From Calditrichia bacterium (lineage in GTDB: Bacteria; Calditrichota; Calditrichia; JAJRVZ01), in assembly GCA_963777955.1 (NCBI GenBank), contig CAVZSQ010000019.1, positions 384,001 through 448,000 of the forward strand: a stretch of 64,000 nt of DNA, given 5' to 3'. Each line of letters begins with the position of its first letter. Position 1 is the first letter of the stretch. Positions 11,101 through 21,191 of this stretch are shown in pieces. A program made the position numbers and the translations under genes. Below the pieces are notes generated by a model. That model made no database searches. It saw only the letters and a program-made list of their open reading frames with translations, and had not been told where the DNA came from.

Positions 11101-11409
11101 AGTGTTCATCACGTATATGTCGGAGTTGCCGTCGTATTCAGCGGTAAAAGCAATCAAGGTGCCATCGGGAGAAAATTTAGGAGAACGCTCCTGGCCATCG
11201 TGAATGGTCAAACGTACGGCGGTACCCCCCTGGGCCGGGACGCTCCAGATATCTTCACCATAAACAAATACAACCTTGTCCTCATATATATCCGGAAAGC
11301 GCATCAAGGGCCGTTGTTCACCGGCAGCCAGTGGTTTTATCAGTATCAATCCGATAACAATAAAAAAGAATGGTGCCAGCGGCTTTAGACCCATAGTTTT
11401 CTTACTCAT
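8123..11409 (-). CDS. Tricorn-type S41 protease (beta-propellers, PDZ, S41), two frameshifts (about 9780, 9640)
   Basis: LMRFPDI, PD40-like SPDG repeats, LIGELNTSH, IIDGRFNGGG, AGSGGD, GTRTWGG, ENYGVDPD. Confidence 0.9.
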
Positions 11410-11536
11410 ACATTTTATCTCCTTAAAAGGTTATTTACGATTTAATGATTCCAAAATATTAAATGGTTGGAAAAGATGATCACAGGGGGATAATTAGATT
11501 GGTGGCAGATTAAATTATTTTTCCAGCCGTACATTT

Positions 11537-14069
11537 TTACGCATGGTTTCGACGGACGATGTCATAGCGCCCAGCAACTCGTTTAAACCGTTCCTGTTCG
11601 CGTATTCTCTCAAACAGGGGATCGATTTGCAGCCAGGCTGGTAAATTAAATCCCAGTTCATGGGCACGATTCAGGTAATCCAGTGCTGTCGTGCTGTCTC
11701 CTTTAATGGCCTGCACAGCCGCCAGGTCATACCATACCCCCCACCATTCGCTGCCCTGTTTGATGCTCTGCTGGTCCATTTGTATACTGAGTGCGAACAT
11801 GGTATCTGCCTCCGGATAATGGGCGGTTTTCCATAACAGGAAGCCCAGATCGGTAGTGGCAGCAATTCCGGTGAAGGGTTGCCAGCCCCGCTGTTCAATA
11901 TTCAGGGATTGCTGGTAGTACCCGGCGGCCAGGTTGGGATTGCCGGCATGCAAGGCCGCATCTCCGGCCAACAAATACAGTGCTGCATCCGTATGATTCT
12001 TAATGGCCGCCCGTTCCATTTCCGCTGCTGCTCCAGGCAGATCATTTTGCATGAGATCGATCATGACCAGAGCGATTAACGGATTGGGTTGATGTAATGG
12101 TTGCAGAGTATAAGCGATCTCCAGATATTCCCGGGCCAATTTATTTTCATGCAGGGCCAGATAGATCATGCCCAAACCGAGATTTAAATTTGGATTGGTA
12201 GGATTGAGTTGCACGGCCTTCAGCAGCCAGTGATGGGCCTGATCGAATTTACCCATTTGATAATATACCCAGCCGAGGTTACCTAACGCCGGATCATAAT
12301 TGGGATTCAACTCAACTGCGGTGCGATTAGCGGCCAGGGCCTTCTGAAACCAACTGCGGCTATAATAAATCAAACCCAGGGCTTTATACGCTTCGGCAGA
12401 ATTATTATCAAGTCGTAAAGCCTGCTCACTCTGCAGCATGGCAGAATCCAACCAGACAGAACTTTGACCATAACGCAGCGACCGCTGGACATAGGCGTCG
12501 GCCAGACCGGCATAAGCCGGGGCATAACGGGTATCCAGCGTCAGAGCCTTTTTGAAAAGGAGTATCGCATTGTCGTTATCTTCACTGCGGTAGCGATAGT
12601 AATATTCGCGTCCCTTCAGGTAATAATCATAGGCATGAATATTCATCTGAGCGCTGCTGTCCAGTCTTGCTGTGCCAGGCTGCGGCTGCTGCTTCGCTTT
12701 TTGCGGAAGCGGTGTTATTTTTAATGCAGCGGTGATTTGCCCGGCCACTTCCTGCTGAATATTGAAGACATCGGTGATCTTGCGTTCGAAGGTATCGGCC
12801 CATAGTACTTCATCATTCTTAAGGTCGATCAATTGCGCCGTTATGCGCAGATCATTCATTATCCGGCGCACCGTACCCTGCAGTACATGCCGGACTTTTA
12901 ATTCGTGCCCGATTTCCGAAATGGTTTTATTACTGCCTTTGTATAGTTTGCTGGAATTGAAAGATATGACTTTTAAATCTTTGATCTTGGATATCTGGAT
13001 CAGGATATCCTCCGTGATGCCATCGCTGAAATAGTCACTCTCCTCGCTGGTCGACAGATTTTTAAATGGTAAAACTGTAATGGAATTGTTATCTACTTTG
13101 CCGGCAAAAGTCTGTGCGACCCAGAAATAAACAAACACACTTAAAAGTATAACCGCCAGGACTGCAAAAATATAATACTTGCCTATTTTTCCCTTTCTTA
13201 CCAATGACCGTGTGGGTTTGAATATCCGATTTGAGTACCTGTTGAAAAGACCGCAGGTCTTCCAATAATTCCAGGATATGCTGATACCGGTTTTTCAGAT
13301 CTTTAGCCAGAGCTTTGTTGATGATCCTTTGCAGCTCCAGCGGAATATCTTTATGGAAGGAGTCCAGATCTTTAGGTGATTCATTCAATATGCTGTAATA
13401 CACCGCCTGGGCGTACTCACCCTGGAAGGGTAACTCGCCGCTGAGCATTTCATAAAGCAAGATACCCAGCGACCAGATATCGGTACGGTCATCGACAACC
13501 GCGCCGGAAATCTGCTCGGGTGACATATAACTACTGGTTCCCGTGGTCGGTTTTGTCCCTTCTTCTCCCTCTGCCGGTCCCCCTTTTTCGCCACGCCCCA
13601 TCAATTTGGCTACACCAAAATCCAGTATTTTGACCAGATGATCCCGGGTAACCATTATATTAATAGCCTTGATATCACGATGGACAATTCCCTTGGCATG
13701 AGCTCTGGACAGACCTTCGGCAATCTGAATGGCCAGATCCACTGCCTCCCGCGGCGATAAAGTCTCCTGTTTAATTATCTTGCTTATTGAGTCTCCATCG
13801 TAGAGAGCCATAACCATATATAACTGGCCTTCAGCAGTTTCGTTGAATTCATAAATTGTACAGATATTGGGATGATCAAGGGCTGAAGCTGCCTGGGCTT
13901 CCTGGATAAAGCGTTGCTTGGAGACGGGATCACTGGTTAGTTCGGCCGGCAGGAATTTAATGGCCACGGTACGGTGCAGATGAGTATCTTCGGCCTTATA
14001 GACAATCCCCATGCCCCCTTCACCGATTTTTTCAAGAATCCGATAGTGTGCCACCATCTGTTCCGGCAT
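11537..14069 (-). CDS. Ser/Thr kinase - TM - SIxVLPF (TolB-N-like) domain - TPR protein, +1 frameshift near 13190
   Basis: IGEGGMGIVY, VAIK, HRDIK, DFG, YMSPEQ. The second piece has a TM, SITVLPFKNLS...YFSDGITEDI and TPRs. One extra A in an A5 run separates the two ORFs. Confidence 0.88.
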
Positions 14070-14119
14070 GGTATGAGGGCCTTATTCTTTTAATGAAAGC
14101 CTGTTGAACCGGATAAAAC

Positions 14120-14464
14120 CTAGGCTGATTTATTATTTTTAACAGCTTCTTCCACTGAATTATAAACTTTAAATATGCGGATCAACCGGGTGACAAAAAA
14201 CAGATTTTGCACTTTTTCAGGCAGGTTAGCCAGGGATAATTGCCCACCGCTGTTCATCACGCTGGTATAACTGCGCATAATCGAACTGACGCCCATGCTA
14301 TTTAACCAGGTCACCCCGCCCATATCCAGCACAACCTTTTTAACACCCTGCCCCAATAAACTGCGTACTTGATCATGCAGATTTTCAGTTTCCGGGGTAC
14401 CCATGAGTTTTCCCTGCAAACTGAGAATTCCGACATCGCCCCGTAATTCGTCCCTGAATTTCAT
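14120..14464 (-). CDS. STAS-domain anti-sigma factor antagonist (RsbV/SpoIIAA-like)
   Basis: VVLDMGGVTWLNSMG with the conserved Ser, LSLAN, VQNLFFVTRL. Confidence 0.88.
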   Translation of the reverse strand: MKFRDELRGDVGILSLQGKLMGTPETENLHDQVRSLLGQGVKKVVLDMGGVTWLNSMGVSSIMRSYTSVMNSGGQLSLANLPEKVQNLFFVTRLIRIFKVYNSVEEAVKNNKSA

Positions 14465-14574
14465 CGAATGGTTCTCCGGATTAATTCTGTTCAAGCTATA
14501 TCTAACCATAGTCCTCGCGGCTTTTACCGTAAAGTTAAATTTAGTTTCTTTTTTAAATAGAGGCAATTGATTAA

Positions 14575-15324
14575 TCACTTACCGAAAGACTTCCCGGAGA
14601 CGACACTGTAATATTTTAAGGCCGGATCGTCACTGGTAATGATATGCCCGGTCTGATCATTCTCCAGAGCGATCTTCCATTGAAATAATTCGGAAAAGGT
14701 ATGTTTGGTTTTATCGATGAAGGTTTTGAAAGGTCCGCTTTCTTCATAATGTACCACATCCTGTTTACTATTCCAGATGGTGATTGAGATGGCTTCGTGC
14801 AGCCGTTCACTGCTGGTGGTTAAATAGGCATAACGACACCCCGGTACGCTCTTCAGCAACGGCAGGATATCCTTTTGATAAATAGATATAAATTCCTCCA
14901 TTTTACCCGGTTGGATTTTTAACGATAACAGGCGGAGGTACATCAGTTCTACCGGAATTTTTTCATCAAATTGTGCAACTGTTCGATAGGAAGTGACCAC
15001 CGGTTCTTCAAGAACCGGTTTGTACTCTACTCTCATATCTTTAGACAACTGCGCTTTCCATTCGTTACTGACCTGCAGGTACGGTTTGATCTCCTGCATG
15101 TTGATCTGAAACATTCCGCTGCGCTCATAGTTCTCAGCATTTTCCTGCGTATCCCATAAAGTCAGTGAGATACCCTCCTCCGGATCCAATTCACTTTTAA
15201 TCAGACCGGCGAACAGACATCCCTTCATCTCCTGTAACTGGGGGATGATTTTAGTATCATAGATCTGGCGGATGATCATCAGAGCAGCCGGATCATATTT
15301 AGCCTGAACAAGACGCATGTACAT
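14575..15324 (-). CDS. Tandem ABM-fold (antibiotic biosynthesis monooxygenase-like) protein
   Basis: Two internal repeats: MYxRL...IY...I.P.L....GC...ISxTxW.......YE.SG.F. Confidence 0.75.
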   Translation of the reverse strand: MYMRLVQAKYDPAALMIIRQIYDTKIIPQLQEMKGCLFAGLIKSELDPEEGISLTLWDTQENAENYERSGMFQINMQEIKPYLQVSNEWKAQLSKDMRVEYKPVLEEPVVTSYRTVAQFDEKIPVELMYLRLLSLKIQPGKMEEFISIYQKDILPLLKSVPGCRYAYLTTSSERLHEAISITIWNSKQDVVHYEESGPFKTFIDKTKHTFSELFQWKIALENDQTGHIITSDDPALKYYSVVSGKSFGK

Positions 15325-15352
15325 AGTTCGGTTTTCCTTTATTAATTTCTTT

Positions 15353-16690
15353 CTACTTTTTCCGTTTAATACAGATCAAGGTCATATCATCGCTTTGTTC
15401 ACATCCGGCGACATACTCTTTGACCGAGTTAACGATGCTTTGTAAAATCGTTCCGGCTGATTTATTACGCTCAGTCATGATAATTTCCTGAATATGCCCT
15501 TCTCCGAATTCTTCGGTGAAGGAATTCATCGCTTCGCTGATACCGTCTGAGAAAACTACCAGTAAATCTCCCGGTTGCAGAGATACGCTATGTTCAGAAA
15601 ACTCGAACCGTTCCAGGAAACCGAGCGGTATACCAATACTCTTCAAGCGCTGAACTTCTCCTTTTTTTGAAATCAAAAACGGATAATTATGGCCGGCATT
15701 GGCATAACATAGCCGGTTAGCACCGATATCCAGAATAGCATAGAACAATGTTGCAAATTTTTCTGAATCGGTACTATTATAAAGCAAAGTGTTGGACTGC
15801 TCCAGGCACTCGCGGGCGCAGGGGGAGCCAAGGGTTTGCCCCCGCAAAGTTGCCTGTAAATTGGCCATTAACAGCGCAGCCGGTATCCCTTTGCCTGATA
15901 CATCACCGAGACAGAAGACCAGACGATCACCGGGTAATGAAATAAAATCATAATAATCACCGCCGACTTGCTTAGCCGGGATACTGATTCCGGCAATATC
16001 GTAACCCGGCAGGACGGGAATACTTTTAGGCAGTAAATTAGTTTGAATTTCCCGGGCCAGATTCATTTCCTGGTGCAGTTTATTCATTTCATGCTGGATC
16101 TGCTGTAATTCCAGTTCTTCCCGGTATAGCCGGACTGCTTCTATAACCTGTGCCGATTGTGCTCCGATGATCGTCAATAATCTTTTATCGTCTTCGGTAA
16201 ATCCCTCGGGACAATGTCCCTCGGGACTGCGTTTATTGAATACGGTCAGCACTCCAATCATCTTACCTTTCTGATGCAGCGGGGCCGCCAGGACAGAGCG
16301 GTAGATAACTTTTTCATCTTTACTTTTGGCTATACGTTCATCGCTTTTAAAATCATTGCTTAAAAACGGTTGCCGGTTCTTTTGCATCCAGCCGGTCACC
16401 TGATCACCGAGGCGGAAGGGTAAACCGTTTGATTGCGAGCCATATTCACGGTGAATGGTCTTCTGGGAGAACTGGTCCTGATCGCTCATCAACCATATCG
16501 CTCCCTGTTCGACCTTGAGATGTTTGACGCATTTCTGAATGATTAAATCGATCACCCGGTTCAAATCCAACGTTGAAGTGATAGCGATGGCAATTTCATT
16601 CAGGATGGATAATTCATCCACTGCTATTTTAAGACGATGATTTTCCTGGCGAAGTAATTCCAGATCGTGCGGCTGATTTTCTCGGGACAT
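15353..16690 (-). CDS. GAF + PP2C/SpoIIE (RsbU-like) phosphatase
   Basis: GAF (SVLAAPL..GKMIGVL..FNK, FTEDD), AREIQ..LLP, VGGDYYD, DVSGKG, NAGH, SDGISEA, DDMT. Confidence 0.92.
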   Translation of the reverse strand: MSRENQPHDLELLRQENHRLKIAVDELSILNEIAIAITSTLDLNRVIDLIIQKCVKHLKVEQGAIWLMSDQDQFSQKTIHREYGSQSNGLPFRLGDQVTGWMQKNRQPFLSNDFKSDERIAKSKDEKVIYRSVLAAPLHQKGKMIGVLTVFNKRSPEGHCPEGFTEDDKRLLTIIGAQSAQVIEAVRLYREELELQQIQHEMNKLHQEMNLAREIQTNLLPKSIPVLPGYDIAGISIPAKQVGGDYYDFISLPGDRLVFCLGDVSGKGIPAALLMANLQATLRGQTLGSPCARECLEQSNTLLYNSTDSEKFATLFYAILDIGANRLCYANAGHNYPFLISKKGEVQRLKSIGIPLGFLERFEFSEHSVSLQPGDLLVVFSDGISEAMNSFTEEFGEGHIQEIIMTERNKSAGTILQSIVNSVKEYVAGCEQSDDMTLICIKRKK

Positions 16691-16820
16691 GACCTTTTCC
16701 CTGCTCACAGGAATGGTTGCTTGATCCAACCGGTTAATCAAGATAGTCTGCAGAGCCTTAGTAGCTATAAAATAAACAAAACCGTTCCGTAGTGCAAAAA
16801 ATAAAAAAAATGACTGCGGT

Positions 16821-17705
16821 CTAAACTTGAATTGCTTTATCGGCATGATAGGAACTGCGTACCAGCGGACCGGATTCTACATGCCTGAATCCCAATTCCA
16901 AAGCCACCTCTTTCAGATCTGCAAATTCAGCAGGATGGTAATAACGGTGTAAAGGATAATGTTGCGGGGTGGGGGGTAAATATTGTCCAATAGTCAGAAT
17001 CTGGCAATCGATCGCCCGTAAATCTTTCAAAGTTTCAATAATTTCATCGACGGTTTCGCCCACACCGACCATAATTCCTGATTTGGTGGTGAATCCTGCC
17101 TCCCGGGCCCACTGCAGAATCTGCAAAGACCGTTCGTATCGGGCCTGAACGCGTATTGCTTTCTGCAACCGCTTTACCGTTTCCAGATTATGATTCAGTA
17201 CTTCAGGATTTGACTTCAGGATAATATTCAGGTTTTCCCGCAGACCTTTCAAATCCGAGATCAGGGCCTCAACCGTGCAATCTGGTTTGAGCCGGTGGAT
17301 TTGATCAATGCAATCGGCTATAATTCCGGCACCGCTATCCGGCAAATCGTCGCGGGCTACCATGGTCAATACAGCATGACGCAGACCCATCTTTTTTACT
17401 GCCTCGGCTACCCGTTGTGGTTCCTGTAAATCTACCGGATCCGGACGTCCGACCCGGACGTTGCAAAAGGTACAACTGCGGGTACAGGTATTACCCAGCA
17501 GCATAAAAGTGGCTGTACCGCGGGACCAGCATTCGCCCAGGTTGGGGCAACGGGCGCTTTCGCATACTGTGTGCAATTCATTCAATTGCAGCGTTTGACG
17601 GACATGCATAAAAGCATCACCGGAACCAAAGCGTACTTTCAACCATTCCGGACGGCGTAAGGATGTGTTGTGCTGGATGTTTTCAGGATTAGTCTTTGGA
17701 GGCAT
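16821..17705 (-). CDS. lipA: Lipoyl synthase
   Basis: CESARCPNLGECW, CTRSCTFC, VRSSYHA. Confidence 0.97.
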   Translation of the reverse strand: MPPKTNPENIQHNTSLRRPEWLKVRFGSGDAFMHVRQTLQLNELHTVCESARCPNLGECWSRGTATFMLLGNTCTRSCTFCNVRVGRPDPVDLQEPQRVAEAVKKMGLRHAVLTMVARDDLPDSGAGIIADCIDQIHRLKPDCTVEALISDLKGLRENLNIILKSNPEVLNHNLETVKRLQKAIRVQARYERSLQILQWAREAGFTTKSGIMVGVGETVDEIIETLKDLRAIDCQILTIGQYLPPTPQHYPLHRYYHPAEFADLKEVALELGFRHVESGPLVRSSYHADKAIQV

Positions 17706-17829
17706 AAGTTTTTATTTTCTAAACGAAACCAGTAACTATTCGATTCCCGCTTATACTATAAGCAAGCGAGGTGCATGATTTGCGGGAATGACACTTTATC
17801 CTTTGCCCTTTACCCTTTTCCCTACAGTA

Positions 17830-18825
17830 CTACAATCTCACCAGTGCCGAAGCCCAGGTGAAGCCACTGCCGAAAGCTGCCAGGCATACCAATGATTTTT
17901 CTTTTATTTTACCAGCAGCGATTGCTTCGCTCAGCGCAATCGGAATAGAAGCAGCGGTGGTGTTGCCATACTTATGGATATTGCTGTACACTTTATCCTC
18001 CGGCAATTCCAACCTGGCCCTCACCGCATCGGTGATGCGCATATTGGCCTGATGCGGGATGACCAGGTCGAGTTCATTTTTATTGACCCCGGCCGCAGCC
18101 AGCGCTTCTTCGATCACTTCCGGAAACTTGGTCACTGCATATTTGAAGACATATTTGCCGTTCATGTGCGCCCAGATCGAAGGGGTCTCCAGCAATTCGT
18201 GGGTCAGGCGTGGATTCTTCTGGCTACCCGGGTCTTCACACCATAATTCTTTGACATAGCGGCCGTCGGCATGCAAATGGGTTGTAAGAATTCCACGTTC
18301 AGGATCGTCGCTGCGGTCAACGACAGCAGCGCCTGCGCCGTCGCCAAACAATACAGCCACATCACGTCCGCGAGTGGTAAGATCGAGCCCCCGCGACTGG
18401 ATTTCTGAACCCACTACCAGGACATTCTTGTACATTCCGGTCTTGATGAATTGATCGGCGACAGAAAGCCCGTAAATAAAACCGCTGCATTGATTACGGA
18501 CATCCAGGGCACCCACTCCGGGTATGCCCAGCCTTTCCTGCAGCAGGCAGCCGCTGCCCGGGAAAAAGTAATCCGGGCTCAAGGTGGCAAAGATGATAAA
18601 CTCAAGATCTTCAGGTTTTTTACCGGCCCTTTCCAAAGCCAGGCGAGCAGCCTTTTCAGAAATGTCCACGTTATGTTCCCCGTCCCGCACAAACCTCCGT
18701 TCCTGAATTCCGGTACGTTCCCTGATCCAGGCATCGGTTGTATCCATTATTTTTTCCAGATCAAAATTGGTTATGACCTGTTCCGGAACATAATGACCAA
18801 CCCCAGCAATCTTCGCTCTGTACAT
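17830..18825 (-). CDS. fabH: 3-oxoacyl-ACP synthase III
   Basis: NQCSGF, FGDGAGA, PHQAN, GNTTAASIP. Confidence 0.95.
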   Translation of the reverse strand: MYRAKIAGVGHYVPEQVITNFDLEKIMDTTDAWIRERTGIQERRFVRDGEHNVDISEKAARLALERAGKKPEDLEFIIFATLSPDYFFPGSGCLLQERLGIPGVGALDVRNQCSGFIYGLSVADQFIKTGMYKNVLVVGSEIQSRGLDLTTRGRDVAVLFGDGAGAAVVDRSDDPERGILTTHLHADGRYVKELWCEDPGSQKNPRLTHELLETPSIWAHMNGKYVFKYAVTKFPEVIEEALAAAGVNKNELDLVIPHQANMRITDAVRARLELPEDKVYSNIHKYGNTTAASIPIALSEAIAAGKIKEKSLVCLAAFGSGFTWASALVRL

Positions 18826-18973
18826 AGAAACCCCTTCTGCTTGACAGATTTTACGGCGTGAATATAATATTATATATTTTCATTTCAAAAAATATTCAGA
18901 TTCTGCGTCCGATTGCCATCCGGTTTACTCCGGGTAATCCGGAGGAAAGCGGATGGTTTTGAACAATTTAACT

Positions 18974-19839
18974 TTACAGGTTATTCTGCTTTAAAAAGTC
19001 ATACAGCGCAGAAAAAACTTCCGCGTGATTTAACAGCGACGAGTGATCCTGGCCTGCCAGCAGACGGGTGGTGACATATTGCCCTTGTGCTTTAGAACGA
19101 AGCAGTTCGAAATCGCCTGGTGCCACGAGTTGATCTTCACTGCCATGAAGTAAAAGCAGCGGAACTGAAATTCTGGAAATATTATACTGAGGTGAAAAAT
19201 CCCTCATGCTGATATGATGAGCGAGTTCAAGGAAACGCAGCGTAACCGGAATTATCCAGGTTGGAAATTTGTTATCCCGAAAGGTCTGCTGCAATTGTTG
19301 TTTCATATCAGCGAAACTGGCAATTGAAATTACTGCTGATATCCGGGTTTCACCCGGAGCCACATTTAAACAAGCTACGGCACCTAAAGAATGGCCCAGT
19401 AAAATAACCTTATCGTTTGCCGGCGAAAGTTCCCGGCTGAAATTAATCGCTGCCTGCAAGTCCTGAATATATTGCATGATGGTTGAATAGCGCTATCCGA
19501 ATCGCTTTCACCGTGATTGCGGGTATTGATCAGCAGACAGCGGTAACCCCGCGCGATCAGAAAACCAGCGATGGGTACTAATTTTTCCATAGTGTTTTCA
19601 TAACCATGTATACCGATAATTAATGGACCGGTATTATCCGGCCCACATAAAATTGCTTCGATCGATTTTTGATTTTGCGTCATTATCCGGTAAGAATGAT
19701 AGTCGATTCCCCAGGCTGAGACGGGAGTTGTATTCTTTATCGGCGGGAAATGTAATATCTTATAACTGAGCGAGCGTTCCACATAGCGGAGCACCAGCAC
19801 CACGATGATCAGCACAATTAAAATAATAACAAATTTCAA
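18974..19839 (-). CDS. Alpha/beta hydrolase with N-terminal TM, frameshift near 19490
   Basis: IHG and RNHGES in the first piece. GHSLG, HGSED and DH in the second piece. Confidence 0.8.
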
Positions 19840-19937
19840 TTTATTCCCCGCTCAGATAAAATCATCTATCCGGCCTGATCCGGTTTTTTCAATATTACCA
19901 AAAATATTCTGCTATGCAAAAAAACAATATTAATATT

Positions 19938-20372
19938 TTATCCGGATCCATGTTTCTGTTCAAACTGTTCCCTGACTGGCTGTTTATTTTTATAGTACCA
20001 AAAAAACATGAAAATCAGAACAAGAATCAGGGCACCTATGGTATCGGCCAGCCAGTCGCTGAAAGAGCAAAACCGTCCGGGTACCAGCTTCTGATGCAAT
20101 TCGTCAAATATGCCATAGATTGATGAAATAATTACGGCTAAGCTGCCGGCATATTTTTGCAGAACATTATTCCGGCTATGTTTAAAACTGTTAACAATTA
20201 AAAAACCCAGCATACCAAACGCGCTGAAATGTAAAATCTTATCCGAAATTTTCTCGGTAAATTCAGGCAGATGCTGCTGGCTGATGGAAGATACGATAAA
20301 AATAGTAATTACGAGTAACTGCCAGGGGAAATGGTATAAGAGATAATTACTGTACTTTGGTCTGATCTTCAT
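19938..20372 (-). CDS. VanZ family membrane protein
   Basis: DKILHF, YGIFDELHQ, VPGR, DWLADTIG. Confidence 0.88.
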   Translation of the reverse strand: MKIRPKYSNYLLYHFPWQLLVITIFIVSSISQQHLPEFTEKISDKILHFSAFGMLGFLIVNSFKHSRNNVLQKYAGSLAVIISSIYGIFDELHQKLVPGRFCSFSDWLADTIGALILVLIFMFFWYYKNKQPVREQFEQKHGSG

Positions 20373-20603
20373 ACTGATTTTTTCTTCATATTATATAACT
20401 AATTGTATTTAATGATGTTACATCGACAGATAACCATGACTTCAATAATTGCCGCTTCCTGCCGATTTTAGCCGTGGTTAAATAACCTGCTAAAAAAACA
20501 AATTAGCAGTTCAATTTCAAACTTAAAATTGTTTTTTTTTATTTTGTTCCGATAATAAATAGAGTTTTTACAAAGAATGGAGCAGACGGCGGGGTAATTT
20601 ATT

Positions 20604-20632
20604 TTGACAAAATTTGATCGTTTGTATATATT
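20604..20632 (+). promoter_or_regulatory. Sigma70-type promoter
   Basis: TTGACA-17 bp-TATATT upstream of 20668. Confidence 0.65.
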
Positions 20633-20667
20633 TGCCGAAGGTGTTCAGAATTTTTTAGAATAGTTTT

Positions 20668-21090
20668 ATGAATAATAGAAAGAAAAAAAAATTTTTTCTG
20701 CAGATCGACAGCGACACAAAGTATTTACGCAAAGTTGAGAGTTTGAGTGCTCAGGTCGCCCGCTATGCTGGCTTAAACGACAGCCAGAGCGACGACCTGG
20801 CTATTGTAACTACAGAGTTGGTTAATAATGCCATACATCACGGCAATAAAAATAATCCCCAGAAAAAAGTATCAATCTTATTCCTGGTAAATGCAAAGAC
20901 CATTGAAATCAGAATTAAAGATGAAGGCAGCGGTTTTAATCCGGCTGAGATTAAAGATCCCCTGGCTCCGGAGAATCTGATGAGTGAAAGCGGAAGGGGG
21001 ATTTTCCTGATAAAATACCTGATGGACTCTATCGATTTTAATTTTAGCAAAGACGGCACCGAAACTATCGTCACCAAGAATCTTCATTAA
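20668..21090 (+). CDS. RsbW/SpoIIAB-like anti-sigma factor Ser kinase (HATPase_c)
   Basis: ELVNNAIHHG, IKDEGSGF, ESGRGIFLI. Confidence 0.88.
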   Translation: MNNRKKKKFFLQIDSDTKYLRKVESLSAQVARYAGLNDSQSDDLAIVTTELVNNAIHHGNKNNPQKKVSILFLVNAKTIEIRIKDEGSGFNPAEIKDPLAPENLMSESGRGIFLIKYLMDSIDFNFSKDGTETIVTKNLH

Positions 21091-21191
21091 ACTTTACTCA
21101 CCTGCCGGGACCAGATAAATTTGTTATCGCTTTAACGATTTCCGTAAATTATAATCCTGATTTCAAACGGATAGAATTAAGGTAAATTTTT

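Noticed and set aside
13089..13204. Programmed frameshift or separate kinase and TPR genes
   Set aside because: One extra A in a homopolymer with no obvious stimulatory structure. Same pattern as the other probable errors.
16837..16844. Perfect GCCGATAA sigma28 -10 upstream of the PP2C gene
   Set aside because: It lies in conserved lipA codons (HADK) and has no matching -35.
18916..18956. SRP RNA or RNase P RNA (CCGGAGGAAAG)
   Set aside because: Lacks the SRP helix-8 context and the RNase P GAGGAAAGTCC core and length.
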